From Glaucostegus cemiculus (Eukaryota): a stretch of 64,000 nucleotides of DNA. Below, piece after piece: positions 26,839 to 41,029 of this stretch; position 1 is the first letter of the stretch, and the number at the start of each line of letters is the position of its first letter. The position numbers and the translations under genes are program-made. The stretch is taken from contig CDPCPM010000114.1 of assembly GCA_976551045.1 (NCBI GenBank), positions 3,224,001 through 3,288,000 of the forward strand. The letters are read 5' to 3'. Under the pieces are notes generated by a model that ran no database searches, was not told the DNA's origin, and saw only the letters and a list, made by a program, of their open reading frames with translations.

Positions 26839-27999
26839 TAGTAAATGCATTTTCAAAGAAGTTGTGAGGGATTTTAGACATTTAGAAAAAGGAATCTGAA
26901 GTATCTTTCAACACTGGCTTCTAATTTTATTTTAATTCATTTATTTTTAATTGGGTGCATTATTATTTTGTTGAAACTTCAAACTACTGTTTCAAATGTA
27001 AACATGACATAACTTTGTATTTTACCTGCTTCTAGTTCAGACATTATTTTGCACAGCTCTGGGTGTGGTGAATGCACTGAGGTTGATCGTGCAATGCTAA
27101 GTACAAATAGAGTTGATCTAGGCAGAGGACAAGCCAACTTGTAATGCAAAACTTGAAATCTGATGTGCACTTATCTTGCATAGATTGGGTTCAGTAAAAA
27201 GAGACCTGCCCACTTAGAAGTGCTAGGTTCATGAAGCCCCCAGAAATTTTCTAATGAGGTTCTTGCTCCATTATGTCACCTTATCACATGAACAGCTCCC
27301 AAGTAAAATGAGAATTGGAAGTTTAGTGCACTGAGCCTTTGTGGTTTTTGTTGTGGAGCAGAAGCTGTTTGCCAGTTGGAAGTGCATCTTTTTTGATTTG
27401 AATGAGTTTGCCTCTTAATAGTCTCAGCAAGAAATCTAAAAACACATTTGTAAGTATGTGTATGAATTATCATTTTCAGGTCTTAAATATTATTACTGCC
27501 TGGCTATCACTCACTCTGTGCAGGTTCTGGAGGGGAAAGGCATTATCACAATGGTGATTGTGTAGAATTTTGTGATTCTACACCATCAAATTGTGGTGTA
27601 ATAGTAACCCAGCCAGAGAATGAAGGCAACTTTAGCCAGGTGGAAATTACTCAGCATTCCTCCAAAAAGCCATTAACATGAAACAAAAATGGATTTAAAA
27701 ATAAAACTAGTCACCTTTTAGTAGCAAAAGAGACCTGTTCCCTATTTGAGTTTAATCGCATATTCTTCTGAACACACCTCCAGTCATTTAACATCTTACA
27801 GCTCTGCAACCTTAGTCTTCATACCTGTAGCTCTGTCCTTCTGTGCCCCCTCCACTCAACACTGGCAATTCTCCATTCAGCATTCTGGAACTTCCTTCCT
27901 CCACCCCTCTAACCTCCTCTAAGATCCTACTTAAAATCTCACTTTCCCATCCCAGTGGTTCCTCCTATGACTCAGGGTCAACTTTTCTCTGATCTCACA

Positions 28000-28397
28000 T
28001 TAAGACTTTATTCCTTGGAGCGTAGAAGAATGAGGGAAGATTTGATAGAGGTTTACAAAATTATGAGGGGTATAGACAGTGTAAATGCAAGTAGGCTCTT
28101 TCCACCTGGAGTAGGAGAGATAAATACGAGAGGTCATGGCTTTAGGGTGAAAGGGGAAAGGTTTAGGGGGAACTTCTTCACTCGGAGAGCGATGGGAGTG
28201 TGGAATGAGCTGCCATCTGACGTGGTAAATGCGGGCTCCCTTAAGTTTTAAGAATAAATTGGACAGATACATGGATGGGAGAAGTCTGGAGGGTTATGGA
28301 CTCGGTGCAGGTCAGTGGGAATAGTGGAATAAAGTTTTGGCATTGACTAGAAGGGTTGAATGGCCTGTTTTCTGTGCTGTAGTGTTCTATGGTTCTT
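28000..28397 (+). mobile_element. CR1 LINE 3' end, preceded by an L2-like tail at about 27800-28000
   Basis: LYSLERRRMREDLIEVYKIMRGID...TRGHGFRVKG...WNELP, ending in ctgtgctgtagtgttctatggttct. Confidence 0.92.
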
Positions 28398-29217
28398 TGG
28401 GACATATTCTTGTGATCAAGGTTTGTTATATAAATTCAAAGTTTTGTTGTTGTAGTATGTGAGGAACCCAATATGTGAATTATGATGATGTCTGTGGAGC
28501 ACCTAATCCACTGTTCACTTCCAGTATTGTAATAATTGGTTCTGCTGGCCTTGGGTAAGCCTCAGAGCTAATTATTATAAATCCTTCTTCAGGTTATAAT
28601 GGGCTTGCATTTATATGGATCGCTGGAAATCCTGAAGTAATGTTATGACTGGGAAGCAATTGGAAGAATAGTTACTATTGCAGTATAAAATGTAAGTGGA
28701 TGATGATGGATCAGCCCAAGTTTCCTTTCGTGAATAGGAAAGTCAGCTGGCAGAGGCAACCCACTACCAACCATTTAGTGTCTTGAGAAAGTTTCCCTGT
28801 TTTCAAAATGATTTTTAACAGGGAAATTTTGTAATTTTTGTTTTTGATAAAGGGTCATACCGAAAGACTTCACCTCAGAGAGCTATGTATAAATGGTGTG
28901 ATTAACAAAATTCATTTACTGTATTATAAATTTCAAAAATCATTGTTTCCAGCTCAGCTATTTTATGAATTGGAGTAAATACAGGTTAAATCTGCAAACT
29001 TCAGTAGTTTACTCTGGGCTGAGCTCGGAAGATCACCATACACCGCACCTGTAGGACTGTTTTCCCCATTCCCAAGAGCGGCAGCATACCTTCTGAAATT
29101 CACCATTTGGTGCTTGTTATTTTTGCCTTGTAGACCAACAAATGAAAAGGAAATGGAAACTATTCATATCTAATCCTTATGAACACCATACCTGATTATT
29201 GTATGTTTCATCCACAG

Positions 29218-29550
29218 TGCTTCCATGTGTGAATGAGTTCAGCAAAAATGTCACTCTTGGAGAAGACATACTCCTGGGCCCAAACTGCACAGATTGTGAT
29301 GCATTTTCAATTGAATGGAAATTTTCTTCAAACTCTATAAGCAACTGTATTTTTTCTTATATTGCAACAGAGGAATCCAGTTCTGAAACCATCTTTGGTG
29401 TATTTAAAGGTAAAGTGAACATTCTAAGCAAAGGTCTTCATTTATGGCTTCCATCTGTTCATTTCAACAACACAGGAAAATATACACGAATTCTCACAAA
29501 GAGGAATGGAATGGAGCTCTGTGTTAGCATAACAGTCAACGTACATGGAG
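29218..29550 (+). CDS. Exon 2: V-type Ig domain, CD2/SLAM/CEACAM N-domain-like
   Basis: Acceptor tttcatccacAG (29216-17), donor GAG|GTAAGG, 333 nt, phase 1-1, no stops. It shows V-set hallmarks: NVTLGEDILL (A'-B), IEWKF (C-strand Trp), FKGKV (D), LHLWLPSV (E), NTGKY (tyrosine corner) and ITVNV (G). Confidence 0.92.
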
Positions 29551-30099
29551 GTAAGGACTAAATACTAAACTGGAAAACATAATGTCATTAACAATAATAA
29601 TTACTTTTGCAGTCAGGGCTTGTTTGCGATGTGTTCTATAATGAATGAAGCATTTTGAAGTACAGTTACTATTGAATTGTGAAAAAGACCAACTTACATC
29701 CTACATCATATTTTGCCTGATTAAACATTTAATGTTCGAAAGACTTGGCTTTATATTGGCAGTGATTTTTGCTGAATGTTGCCATTTTAACATCAATGAA
29801 ATCAGGAGAACTTGGTAAAATTCCTCTTGTTACAATTTTTCCATTTTGGGTCATTTCCAAACCATGTGCTATTTAGTGATCAAAAAGGATGGCAATTGAC
29901 AGCAATTCAAGGTGACTAATCTAAAACTTCTTCACTTTTTGCCCACACCAGGAAATCCCCACATAGAAAATCTAGGTCACAAAGCTTAAGCATACTAATT
30001 ATTTGGTGCTTGAAACACAAACACTTTGACTGTAATTAAAATGGATTGGAATGATTTAACATAACAACTTAACCTTGATTGAGTGTACTTGAGCCCCTT

Positions 30100-31640
30100 C
30101 ATTAATAGCTTGCTTCACTGCTGTCCTGAACAGTGTATCGCTAGTCTGTGTCTCCCCTCTCCTTGCAGCAGTCTTGTGCTTCTTTTCCTTGCTAACCAGT
30201 TCTTGCACCTCTTTCCCTGCATGTAAAGATCTATGTTTCTCTCAGCAATTCTTCTTGCAATAATTTCATTGCCTGCCTTCCCTCCATAAATTTTACCCTA
30301 TATATAAACTCTTGAGCCTTTGCTCATTGTTGTCCTGATCTTGCCATTTTAAGTGGCGTTTCTCCTTCGCTCATAATCAAAATGACAATCTCTGATTTCT
30401 TTCTTGTTTTGCTTTCCATCCACAATCTCCTATTCCCATCTGCTCATTTTATTTATGAGTCCACCCAAAGGGGTTGTGTGATGCAGAGGAATCTCCCTTC
30501 AGTCATTTTCCGCTAAAATTTCAAATTTCTGACTGTCTAATCTCTGACTTGCTTTTTAACATGACATTTCTGTACCTGATCACCCATTCAATCCCTCCCT
30601 CTCAAGTAATTTTTGCTATCCTTGAAACCAGTATTCTCTTTTACTTGTTTACCGTGATGTATACCCTATCTTTGCTTCCTTTAAATACAGGAGATTAAGA
30701 TTAGGGCAAATTTGATGGAAAAGTGGTCCAACCATTTCATTGCCTGGATTTTCTGGACCATGTCAAGCATTATCTGATCTCAAGCTACTTTGTTCAACCA
30801 ATAATTCAAAGATTATCCAAAAATGAAAGGATAATCTCTAGCTTCCCATCCCACCCCCAACCATTCATTCCATGGTCCTCCTTCCTATGTCTTTTCCACC
30901 CAGTGTAAGGAACATTTGAAATGATTGGATACTATCCATGCAGTTCTCAGCCAATTCCATACCTTTTCCTTGCTGGTTAGTGCAAGGCTCTCTCAGGTTC
31001 CCTCATCTTGTAATCACTTCTTTCTTTGGATTTGATCCCACCTCCTTCCTTGCTTCCTCAGAATTCATCTTGTCCTTCTTCCTGTTCATTTGAAATTAAC
31101 CTAACAAATTGTTGGTAAACTAGCTTCTCTTGCTGGGCCCAATATTTGCTGTTATTAAATATTCCCGTTCCTTGCTGTATTCTTTCTGTGCTTCCAAATC
31201 TGTCATCGTCACCATACCTCCAAAATTCCACCCCACTGTCCTGATAAATTGCTATGCATCTCCAATACATCTTTTCTATCCAGAGTCCATCAACTTTGTC
31301 AGCTTTCCACTTTTTTTCAAAATTTCACGCTTGAACCTGATCTGGTTTCCAATCCTGCCACATCAGAAATGACATTTATCACCCATCTCTATCTTCTGAC
31401 CTCCCTGCTCTCCTCCAGTGTCTCTCCTCTTTATTCAGCTGGGTGAAATCTACTTCCATTCTTACATATGTCCACAAAATCAACTGGGAAGCCTTCCTTT
31501 CCCACTCCTACAATTCCCTGTCTCCAATGATATTTCCTTTGCACTCTAGTATTCCTTATCCAAATGCCAATCCTATTTGTTGTGAGAATATTAAGTTTCA
31601 CATAAATACAAGTAACATTCCTCTCACTCACTGCCATATT
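30100..31640 (+). mobile_element. Highly decayed pyrimidine-rich LINE (L2-like) relic
   Basis: Strong C/T skew typical of old L2 bodies, but no clean motif is recoverable. Confidence 0.3.
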
Positions 31641-32409
31641 TTAGGATCATTCTAACCCTTGTTTTGATCAGATATCACACTGTTTGCTAGTGAATGAGCA
31701 GGAAGTTCCTATAACTAAATGCTGAGAAGACTGAAGGCATCAGTCACCTAGCAGAGAGCTGATGGCAGTCTGGTGGCTGAAGAGATGGTGCTGTGTATTC
31801 GTTTTAACCTCTTTCACTGAGCATACAGTCTATGCTCTGTTATCAACAGGCTATTGTTCTCCCAATAAATAACATAGCTGTAAGAAAATAATCTGATCTA
31901 ATGCACATCAGAGGCTTAATTCCTTTATAATATGATGTTATTTTCTGGCAATCAGCAACAAATTATTACCCCATAAACTTCAGTGATTATTTTATTCTAC
32001 TGTAAGGCTATTATCATGTGAACAGTGCAATGCAAAACTAAAATGAAATCTGAATTACTTTTGCAAATGCTTCTCCTAATATGTCCATGGAATAAATAAC
32101 CATGCATCGTTAGTAGCCACATCTGGCCACTTTCAACAAAAGAGTGAAGAAGCACAGGCTCCCAGTGTTGCAGATTCAGTCTATGGATGGTGTTGAGATA
32201 GCTCATCTCCATCAGGATGAAGGTAGGCCAAAAGCAGCAGCAACAGCTTCCTTTTATATAGTGCCTTTAACATAGCGCAAACAGCAATATGGTATATCAA
32301 GGATATTGAGACCTTAGGATGTATTACTTTCATACATTTGTTTCTTGCCTAATTGAAATGGGAAGAAAAATGCAAAAAGCATAGCATTGGAAAAACACAA
32401 ATCTGGTAT

Positions 32410-33320
32410 AATTGGAATTGGTTTATTATTGTCACTTGTACCAAGGTACAGTGGAAAAACTTGTCTTGCATTCTGTTCATACAGATCAATTCATTACACA
32501 GTGCATTGAGGTAGTATGAGGTAAAACAATACATAATGCAGAGTAAAGTATCATAGCTGCAGAGAAAGTGCACTGCAGGTAGTCGATGAGGTGTAAGGTC
32601 ATAACGAGGTAGGTTGTGAGATCAAGAGTCCATCTTATCATACTAGGAACTGTTCAATAGTCTTATAAGAGCGGGGTGGAAGCTGACCTTGAGCCTGGTG
32701 GTACGTGCTATCAGGCTTTTGTATTTTCTGCCTGATGGGAGAGGGGAGAAGAGAGAATGTGCTGGGTGAGTGTGGTCTTTGATTATGCTGGCTGCTTTAA
32801 TAAGGCAGCAAGAAGTATAAACAGAGACCATGGAGGGGAGGCTGGTTTCCATGATGTGCTGAGCTGTGTCCACAACTCCGCAGTTTCTTGTGGTCATGGG
32901 CAGAGCAGTTGCCATACCAAGCTGTGATGCATCTAGATAGGCTGCTTCCTATGGTGCATCGATAAAAGTTGGTGAGTGTCAAGGGGGACATGCCAAACTT
33001 CTTAAGCCTCCTGAGGAAGTAGAGGTGCTGGTGAGTTTTCTTGGCCATGGCGTCTCCATGGCTGGACAAGGACAGGCTATTGGTGATGTTCAATCCTAGG
33101 AACTTGAAGCTCACTACCTTCTCAACTTGAGCACAATTGGTATAGACAGGTGTATGTGCACCACCCCTCTTCCTGAAGTCAATGACCAGCTCTTTTGTTT
33201 TGCTGATATTGAGAGTAAGGTTGTTATCGTGACACCATGTCACTAAGCTCTCTACCTTCGTCCTGTACTCCAACTCATTATTTGAGATACTACTATGGTG
33301 GTATCATCTTCCAACTGATA
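32410..33320 (-). mobile_element. Rex1/Babar-type LINE 3' portion with tail
   Basis: ORF 32797..33273 (WCHDNNLTLNISKTKELVIDFRK...LYFLRRLKKFGMSPLTLTNFYRCTI) and ORF 32643..32915. Confidence 0.92.
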
Positions 33321-35879
33321 TAATGCAATTTCTTAGCTTTAATAAAGGGGGGGAGCAGGATGTTGAAACAAGTTGTTTCCAGTAGTCCAGGTGTCAAAAT
33401 CAAAGGGACCAGAGCACAAGGCTTAATGTGAAAAACGTTCAATACAGTAATCCTTGTTCTAATTGGATTTTATTTTAAATAAAAACAATTTTCAGAGCAA
33501 GTGGAACTTTTTGAGGGAAATCATTTATAATAGAGGTCATCAAGAGATGAGGATGGCAAGTGTTGTATGTTGGTATTTACACATTATATATATGAGGTGT
33601 TTGTGTATATGATGTAACGACATCATCATATGTGATGTGAGCACACATTATTAGTCTGCAATGAAGTGTTAATACACATTCTGAGATTCCTAGTGCCTGC
33701 TGGAGATTATCACAGACATTTATTTAGCAGATCTACAAGAAATGTTTATAGACTGCCTGCAAATACTCTCCAGTCGGGAATGAGGATAGTCAAAGCAACT
33801 GCCTATGTCAACTCTAAGGGGGAGAAAGGATCGTTTGACAAAACTTATTAAGCGTTGTTGAACAGCACTGACTAGAGACTGTCAGAACTTCATAACTGAT
33901 AGAGAAAATAGATTGTTGGTTTTCCCAGTTGCAAATGAAATTGATTAGCCTGCAGAGGCAGCTTAAGTTAAAAGACACTTGCAGTCCATTGAACTGTGTG
34001 AGGTGAGATACACCAAGAAGAGGAGAATTAAACACTGGGCAATCAAGCAAAGTGCAGAGTGTTGAATGAAGCACTGCATAAGCAGGAACAAAATGGCAAC
34101 TGGAGTGTAGACCGGATGTATAGGCAGCCTGGGAGTGAACAGATGAGCAAGTGAGTCCTTCACTGTAAATATTGAGAGAATGGAAATATCTGTTATTGCT
34201 AATCATATTCTCAAAGTAGAGGATCATATTGCAGATTGTAGGAAAGATGTATGTTGCCCAAGATTGGATTTGGGGCTTATTATGCACTAACTAATCAAGT
34301 AACCTCATAGGAAGTTTGATATATTACGTTCACAGACAGAGTATAGAAATAGCCCTTGCCAAGCTTTTTGGTGCAATTCGATTGCAGATGGACTGGAGGT
34401 TTCCATTTGAATCAGACCCTGAGAAGTACTGAGGTTTCTGACTTCGTCTGCAAGTTGAGATCGGGGAATGGGGTGAGTTGGATGGGGAGAGGGGAGGGGA
34501 GGGGAGGGGGGTGAGTCAGCAGAGAAGGTAGTAGATTTTGTGAACATTGTTTATCTATATAATTGTTTGCCCAAAATAGCAGCCAGCAAGCAAAAGGATA
34601 TTTTGTAGGGAAAACAAATGAATAACACAGAAGCTGGCCTAACATGCTTACCTACATCTTTTAAAATTTACCAGATTTTTGCATCCTTTCTGATGATTAG
34701 TGTGGAAACCTGTATGGTTTTCCAGGTGTGTACTCTTCTGGGGTGTGGGGTAAGTCTGCAGCAAGGTCAGCAAGGGTCTCCTTGTCAATTACCTAGGGTA
34801 GTGATTCTCATCAGCATTAATAAGAACCATTACTTGACCTCCTACATGACAATGATTGCAGAACAGCAAGAACTCCACCACGGGAGAGCTCATTGATAAT
34901 TGCTGAGTGGCACACGTTGCTGCCCATAAGTTCCCGCTACCTTGCAGCCTTCAACTGTTCAGCCAAGAGAGCTGAATGAATTCTTAAAGATGCCATATGA
35001 AATGAAGCTTTTCCAAGGTTGTTCAAGTCTATCTATGAAACATCAGTTGTTTAATTTGTATCAGTTGTATCATGCAATGATACAACATTCTACCACGGGA
35101 TCAGCGGTCTTTGATGAGTGGGAGACGTCAAATGCACTTGAGTTTATTACAACCTCATCTGAAGGAGAGGGTAGAGAGCTATCGGCTGAAAGAAAAGAAA
35201 AATCACAATTTCATCTTCACAATTCTTTGCTAAGAGGCAAAAAGGAGTTCAGAAAACTCAAAATAAGTGAACATGTTAAGAATGATGAATAAACGAAAAA
35301 TGCAAGTGACATAGTGTAGCTCTGCAGTGATAAATAGTATTCAAATTGGGGGAAAAAGTCAGAAATGTCCACGCTGGCCAAATGTTTGCAGTAAGAGCCA
35401 CGCCAGAATGTAATTGAGCAGTATGAGAGTGTGACTATTAATGAATGGATGCTGCAATGATTAGAAGAGACTGGAAGAATACTTGCCAGAGAAGACCTTG
35501 GTGAAGAACAGTACCTGCAGGAGACATGTTCTTTGTACAAGGGGGTCACTGGAGGTCATTCAGGCTTTGGTTTTGTGATTTAAACAGTGCAGCGTCGGGG
35601 TGGTGGAAGCAGTAAACCGTGGATGTTCTGTCAATAAATAAGAACTGTCATTTCTTTCAGATCACTGAGGTTTAAAGCCACAATTTTTTTTGTTGGATTA
35701 TTGTTCACATTGGTTATGTGCTGGAAATAAAGGTCAGCTGCACAAATGAAAATGCATTGAAAAGTCTGGGGTCAATGACACCCAGAAATTGGTACAATCT
35801 TGTTCTGTCCTGAATAAGCCAATTTTTCAGCTGCAAAGAACTTTTGTTTTCAGAGTTGTACAACGGGATTTCTAGGCCA

Positions 35880-36215
35880 AGGCTTTTGTAAGATCTTGCT
35901 ATACAGTTTTGGTCTTCCTACCCAAATCAACATATACTTGGAAGAGGTGCAAATATTTGATTGTTTCCAAAGTTGAGATTTGTACCTTAAGAAGAAGAAA
36001 TGAGTAGCAAGGTTTTATTTTGGAGTTTGAATCTTGGAAAATCTTTCAGAGTGATGGAGAGAGGTGAGAGGTTGTCTCCTTTGGCTGGAGAGTCAGGAAC
36101 TAGAGGTAAGGGTCTCATAATAGGGAGTCAGGTATTTAAGACTGAATTGAGGAGAATTTTTTCACAAGGCATTGTAGGGTCTAAAGATTTTTGAAGTTTC
36201 TGGTAACTAAGGCAA
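35880..36215 (+). mobile_element. Decayed CR1 fragment
   Basis: cagttttggtcttcc and ggagagtcaggaactagaggtaagggtctcataata (GESxTRG motif). Confidence 0.6.
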
Positions 36216-37679
36216 ATAACAGTGACAGAGCTACTGACAAAATATACTTTATTAAAGTCAGTCAATTTTCAACCAATAATGGTGGTGCCAATATAATGTG
36301 CTAAAAGTCATATAATGATTTCTATTCTTTTAAGAATTGATTGTACAATGTTATATGTACTGCAAAAAAGGCTAAAATTTTTGGAATTTTCTATACCAGA
36401 GTGTTTTCAAAGCCACATTCAATAGGTTTTAGAGCAAAAGCAAATGAGGGTTGTGGGAATTGGGTGGGAAAATGGGCAGGATATTGGATGAACTATGAAC
36501 TTAATGAATGTTGAGCAAGATAAACAAGTCTGATGGTTAACTCTGTTTCTTGGTGTTCTTTTAAAGCAACTTGCTTTGGAGTTGTTAAAGCTTTCTTTTA
36601 AAAGATAAAGATTGAAGAACACTTCAGAAAAGTGGAGTAGACAAATTAAATTAGGTTGAAAAAAATACTGCACATATAGCTTGTCACATTAACATTCATT
36701 CTATTTTTGTGTAGAAATTTGTTCTATTTATCAAAGGGGAATAAAAGAACACACATTTCTCTAACAGTTTTCCTGACCTCATGATGTTATTGGTAGCAAG
36801 GAATTTTTAAAGTATCTTTTGAGGTGTTCTTCAAGTGTTGGGATGCAGGAAAGAATGCAACTAATTTGGTAATGCTTTGATAATCCGTTTTTTGTTATGC
36901 ACTTGAGGATTAAATGCAGTCAAGGACTTCTTCAAATAGGGTCATGAAGTAATATCATCTATCATCTAAAAGATGGTGCTGAATGCCCTAACTTTGGCAG
37001 TGAGATTTTCATCCCAAATGAAATGGTCAGGTCTTTGGATTGGGCTTGGACTCTGGACTTTCTGACCAAGGAATGAGTGCTGTCAGTGACCCAGATCTTT
37101 CTGGCATTTGGAGATACTTAAAATCTGTTAAAATTAAAATAAACAGAATCAATTCAAAAGTAATTATAAGCACCCTAAACACAAAAATACTTACACATCT
37201 TAATGAAATGATTTCTTAACAGAAAGCAATTTGTATATTTTTTTTTTGCCTCCTTATCATTTGGTCTGCAATCCTCATTGAAAAGGAAGGTATCTTGAAT
37301 CCTGCAGTAGGTGCAAGAACTGAGCAGTCACAGATTCTCATGCATGATTTTGCTTCCTCTCTGCTATCATCCAGCTACGTGGCACAGCATTTGCCTAGTC
37401 TTTATTGTACATTTGTAACCCTGGAATTGCGTACTGTAGTTTTCTCCCTTGGAGGGGGTGGGGAGTTCACAGTGGTCTCTCTCAAATCTACCTTTGGCCT
37501 GCACCTGTTTCTCAATGACATGCTAACCATCAATGGCGTCATCTGGAAACGTTATCAGCTTTTACAGGTGTTTCAATGATACCAGGCTTTGTTTCTTCAT
37601 CACCTTACCAGAACCTTCCATCATCTCTTGATAGTCAGACTGATGGTCCACCATTCATCACTGGACAAGCAGAAGATTC

Positions 37680-38125
37680 CTGTCTGTCATGACCCAGAGT
37701 TGAGCTTCTAATTACATAGCTGCATCGTCACAAAGGCATCATCCATTCTGTCCTGCATCAGCTCGCCTGTCACTGATACCCTCTGCTGTGCTCTTGTTAT
37801 CAGTAGTCTTGATTGTCACCTAAAGCTTTGATATCTGTGTTCTAATTCACCTGTGATTTATGTTGGGTCCTGCTTAAAGACTTTTTAAATTTTTTCATGG
37901 TTCCCTATGGCTTTGCTCTTTCTAATCCCCTAGAATGCTCCCATAATTCTAGTCCTTTTAGCAATCTTGTTTTTGTTGTCCATAGTTGGTAGCTGCCAAA
38001 ACTTGTCTGGAATTCCCTTCATAACCCACTTCCTCCATTTAAAATACTCCTTGAAACTTTCTTGTTTAGTTGAGTCAAGTATCTCCTGATGTGGTTCAGT
38101 GAGGAATTTTGTCTGCTATTTCTTA
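37680..38125 (+). mobile_element. Decayed L2-type LINE 3' end
   Basis: tctggaattccctt...tccatttaaaatactccttgaaact resembles an L2 tail. A similar tail is at about 42700-42915. Confidence 0.45.
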
Positions 38126-41029
38126 AAGAAAAAAGTATCCTCCTAAGTTTGCTTTTCGGAGTTAAAGTTGCTATTATTGGTGTCATTGTATTTTTGCTCC
38201 TCTTCCTTTGTAATGTGAAGGATTTGCCTTTTGCATTGAATAATTTTGGGGGGTAATGCATAAATGTTCAAAGTGTACAAGGAATACAGTGGAGTAGCTT
38301 CTCACAATTTTGTCAGGATGTTGAATGTTTCTTGGCATGTCCACTACCTTTGGTGTCAAAGGTGCCACTACTTTTTCATCCACATGGAAAGACAGGACAT
38401 TCCTGTGGTTTCCTACTATAACCGCAATAAGGAAAATTAGTTACTGAAAGCAAGAAAACAAATAAAGTCAAAATAAGAGCAATTGTTCTAAGTAAAAATT
38501 TGTCTAAGATGCTTGGAAATAAGTTTCAGTAACATTTAAGCCATTCACTCAGAGGTTGCTAGATTTTGGAAGTACAGGTGGGTGCACCAGTCCTGGGTTA
38601 CTGGAGCAAAGGACTGGCTCTCCATAATTAACCTTGCTACCAATGTTATTAAATAAAAAGGAATCTGACTTTGTCCATCATTCACTGTGAATCAGTGACC
38701 CTGATATTAACCCTAACATGCCATCGGCAATCCTATTGTAGCAAACCTTCTAGCTCACCGTGTAAAATCTGGCAATGCTTCTTTTGATATATTCAACATT
38801 TAAGAGCTTTATGTCCTCTCATTGCTTTTATTTTGCTTTAGATGGCAGCATAACTGTTCTTAACCCTCCTGTTAAAGTTACCACTTGAGGTTAAAATATG
38901 AACCTCCAGGTGGCAGTACATTTGTTTTGATGGTTCTGGAAAAATGGAGAGAATGTAGACACATTTTAAACTTTTTTTAAATTGGTATTCACTTTCTGAA
39001 AATTGCATGCCTGCCCCTTGGATATGTTCATGTGTGCTTTCTGGTCTCTTTGTCGTCTCTCTGTTAATTCTAATGAATGGCAAGGATTTTTGGATCCAAT
39101 GTTAGGGGCTATTTGTGAAGGTAAGTGAGGAAGGTAGGGTAATGTATTTCATTATCCTAATCTTGAAAATAAATGGTTCAATGGTGAGCCATTAAAAGCA
39201 TGTTGTCTGAATTGTAATTCTCTTATTTAAGTTGCATTTCAGGTTTTTTTAAAGCAGAGCTACTGACCCCTTTTTCCCTATTCAATGAGGAAGACTGGCA
39301 CTGACTTGCCAAGTCCCAATGCATCTTTGCTTCCTGTTCCCAGTACAGTCACACATAAGTGAGGTGAGTGTTCTGAATAAAAGAGCTCACTTATGAAAAA
39401 TCTGCTAGCAGAAACAGCAGATCTGCCAATCAGAAACATTATAAATAAACAAATAGTCCTGCCAAGTTCGTCGGCTGAGATATGCATCTTGCTTCTGTCA
39501 ACTCTGGTCCCCATCTGAAATTCACTCTGCGCTTGATCTGCTCTAAGTGACAACTGAATCTTATCAATTAGAAAAATAGATTGCATACATTATTTGCAAG
39601 TAATTCTTCTGGAAAAAAACATATTGCCTGTCAATTTTAACTCCCTCCAACAGGTGCAAGCTAGACAAGGGGCATTGCAAGCTCTCTTTCTATCCTGTTT
39701 TGGCAAGTGTAATTTTAAATTTGTCTGCTTCCTTGTGACCTTCTTGAAGAAACACTTCTATGTGCTAGTGGCACCTTTGGGAGTTGTTTTGAGAATGTGC
39801 TTATTGTGGTCAAATAGTGCAAGTTGTAAATGTTCTGCAATGTATGAAGTGTGGGCAAGTGCGAGCTGCCAAAGTGATCTGAGGGGAAAGTGCAGAACTG
39901 AGGGAGGCGGGAAGTGGACTACAATAATTGGAGAAGAGTGACAGAAAGTGAAGATGTGGTGAGTAGAGAGTTCTGTGAAAAGTGAGGCTGCAGAGAGGAT
40001 TTGTATCCTAACAAAATTGAGAAGCCGTGTAAGTTTTTCAGCATTGCCAGCTTGTCCTAACAGCAGATTTCCTACCAATAATCTCATTTAGCCACAGCTT
40101 CCTACAGTTCCTGCTAATGCTAGAGGGTTTTCCTGAAGGGATTTTGGAGAAAAGATCTCCCTCTTCACCACCAGAACTGGGATCTCTAGACCCCAGTTTT
40201 ATGGACAAATCCAACTGTAGGCCTTGTCACAGTTTCTCAGCTTCACAATTACTTGTCTGGGGCCAGAGTGCACACACCCTTTGGGGCATGGACTGCCTTT
40301 AAGTGATGTTGGGGAATCTAAACTTCTTGCTCGCCCATCTTCCTTTCCCTCTCCCTACATTTTGTATTGCTTAGTCCATACCCTATAGGTAGCATGGATA
40401 GTGGATGGATACCAGCTCATAACTATGATTGGTGATATTGAATCTGAAAGGATGTCTCCTGGAGGCACACCTGGCCTGCCAGATACAACCTTCCAACATG
40501 ATATTCTCAAATGGCACTTACCTCTTGTGGCTCTGTGGGATTATCTGCCCAGAATCCATGGAATTAACCAACCTGAAACGGGTCCTGAGGGATGACCAGA
40601 CTTCAGACAGTCGACCCTGAGGCACCATCCTTGAACTACCCTCAGAGTGAGAAACATCCAAAAACAGTTTAAATAGAAAAAGTAAACAATAAATATTATT
40701 AAAGTAAGTTCCTACAATTGATTAAGAATGCAGATTAAAACAAGGAGAAATAAAAAAGTTACCTGCACTTTTTAACCATGGTCAGAAACACCACTCAAAT
40801 GAAATAGGGTTCTGCTGCTTCAGCTGCCTGGCAGGCTGAGGGGACAGATAAGAAGTCCTTCTGGCTCAGCGCTCAACTGTCAGTACTCCAGCCCTGGACT
40901 TCGGTACCATGTCCACTGGCAAAGTGGGAGGGCAGATGGTTGTTCTGCCCTCCCACTTTGGTTGCAAGCTTACATGTGGAGGTCAGAGGTGAGTGGGTCT
41001 GCAAGTAAGGCATGGCCAGCTGTTCCTTC

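Noticed and set aside
28843-28870. tttgataaagggtcataccgaaag, hammerhead-like spacing
   Set aside because: The CUGANGA box is broken and there are no supporting stems or PLE flanks.
29199-29561. ORF-track version of the Ig protein (MYVSST...GGKD)
   Set aside because: Its start and end are intronic, and the splice sites define 29218-29550.
33814-34287. 157-aa minus-strand ORF
   Set aside because: No recognisable motif, and it is antisense in an intron with an unremarkable composition.
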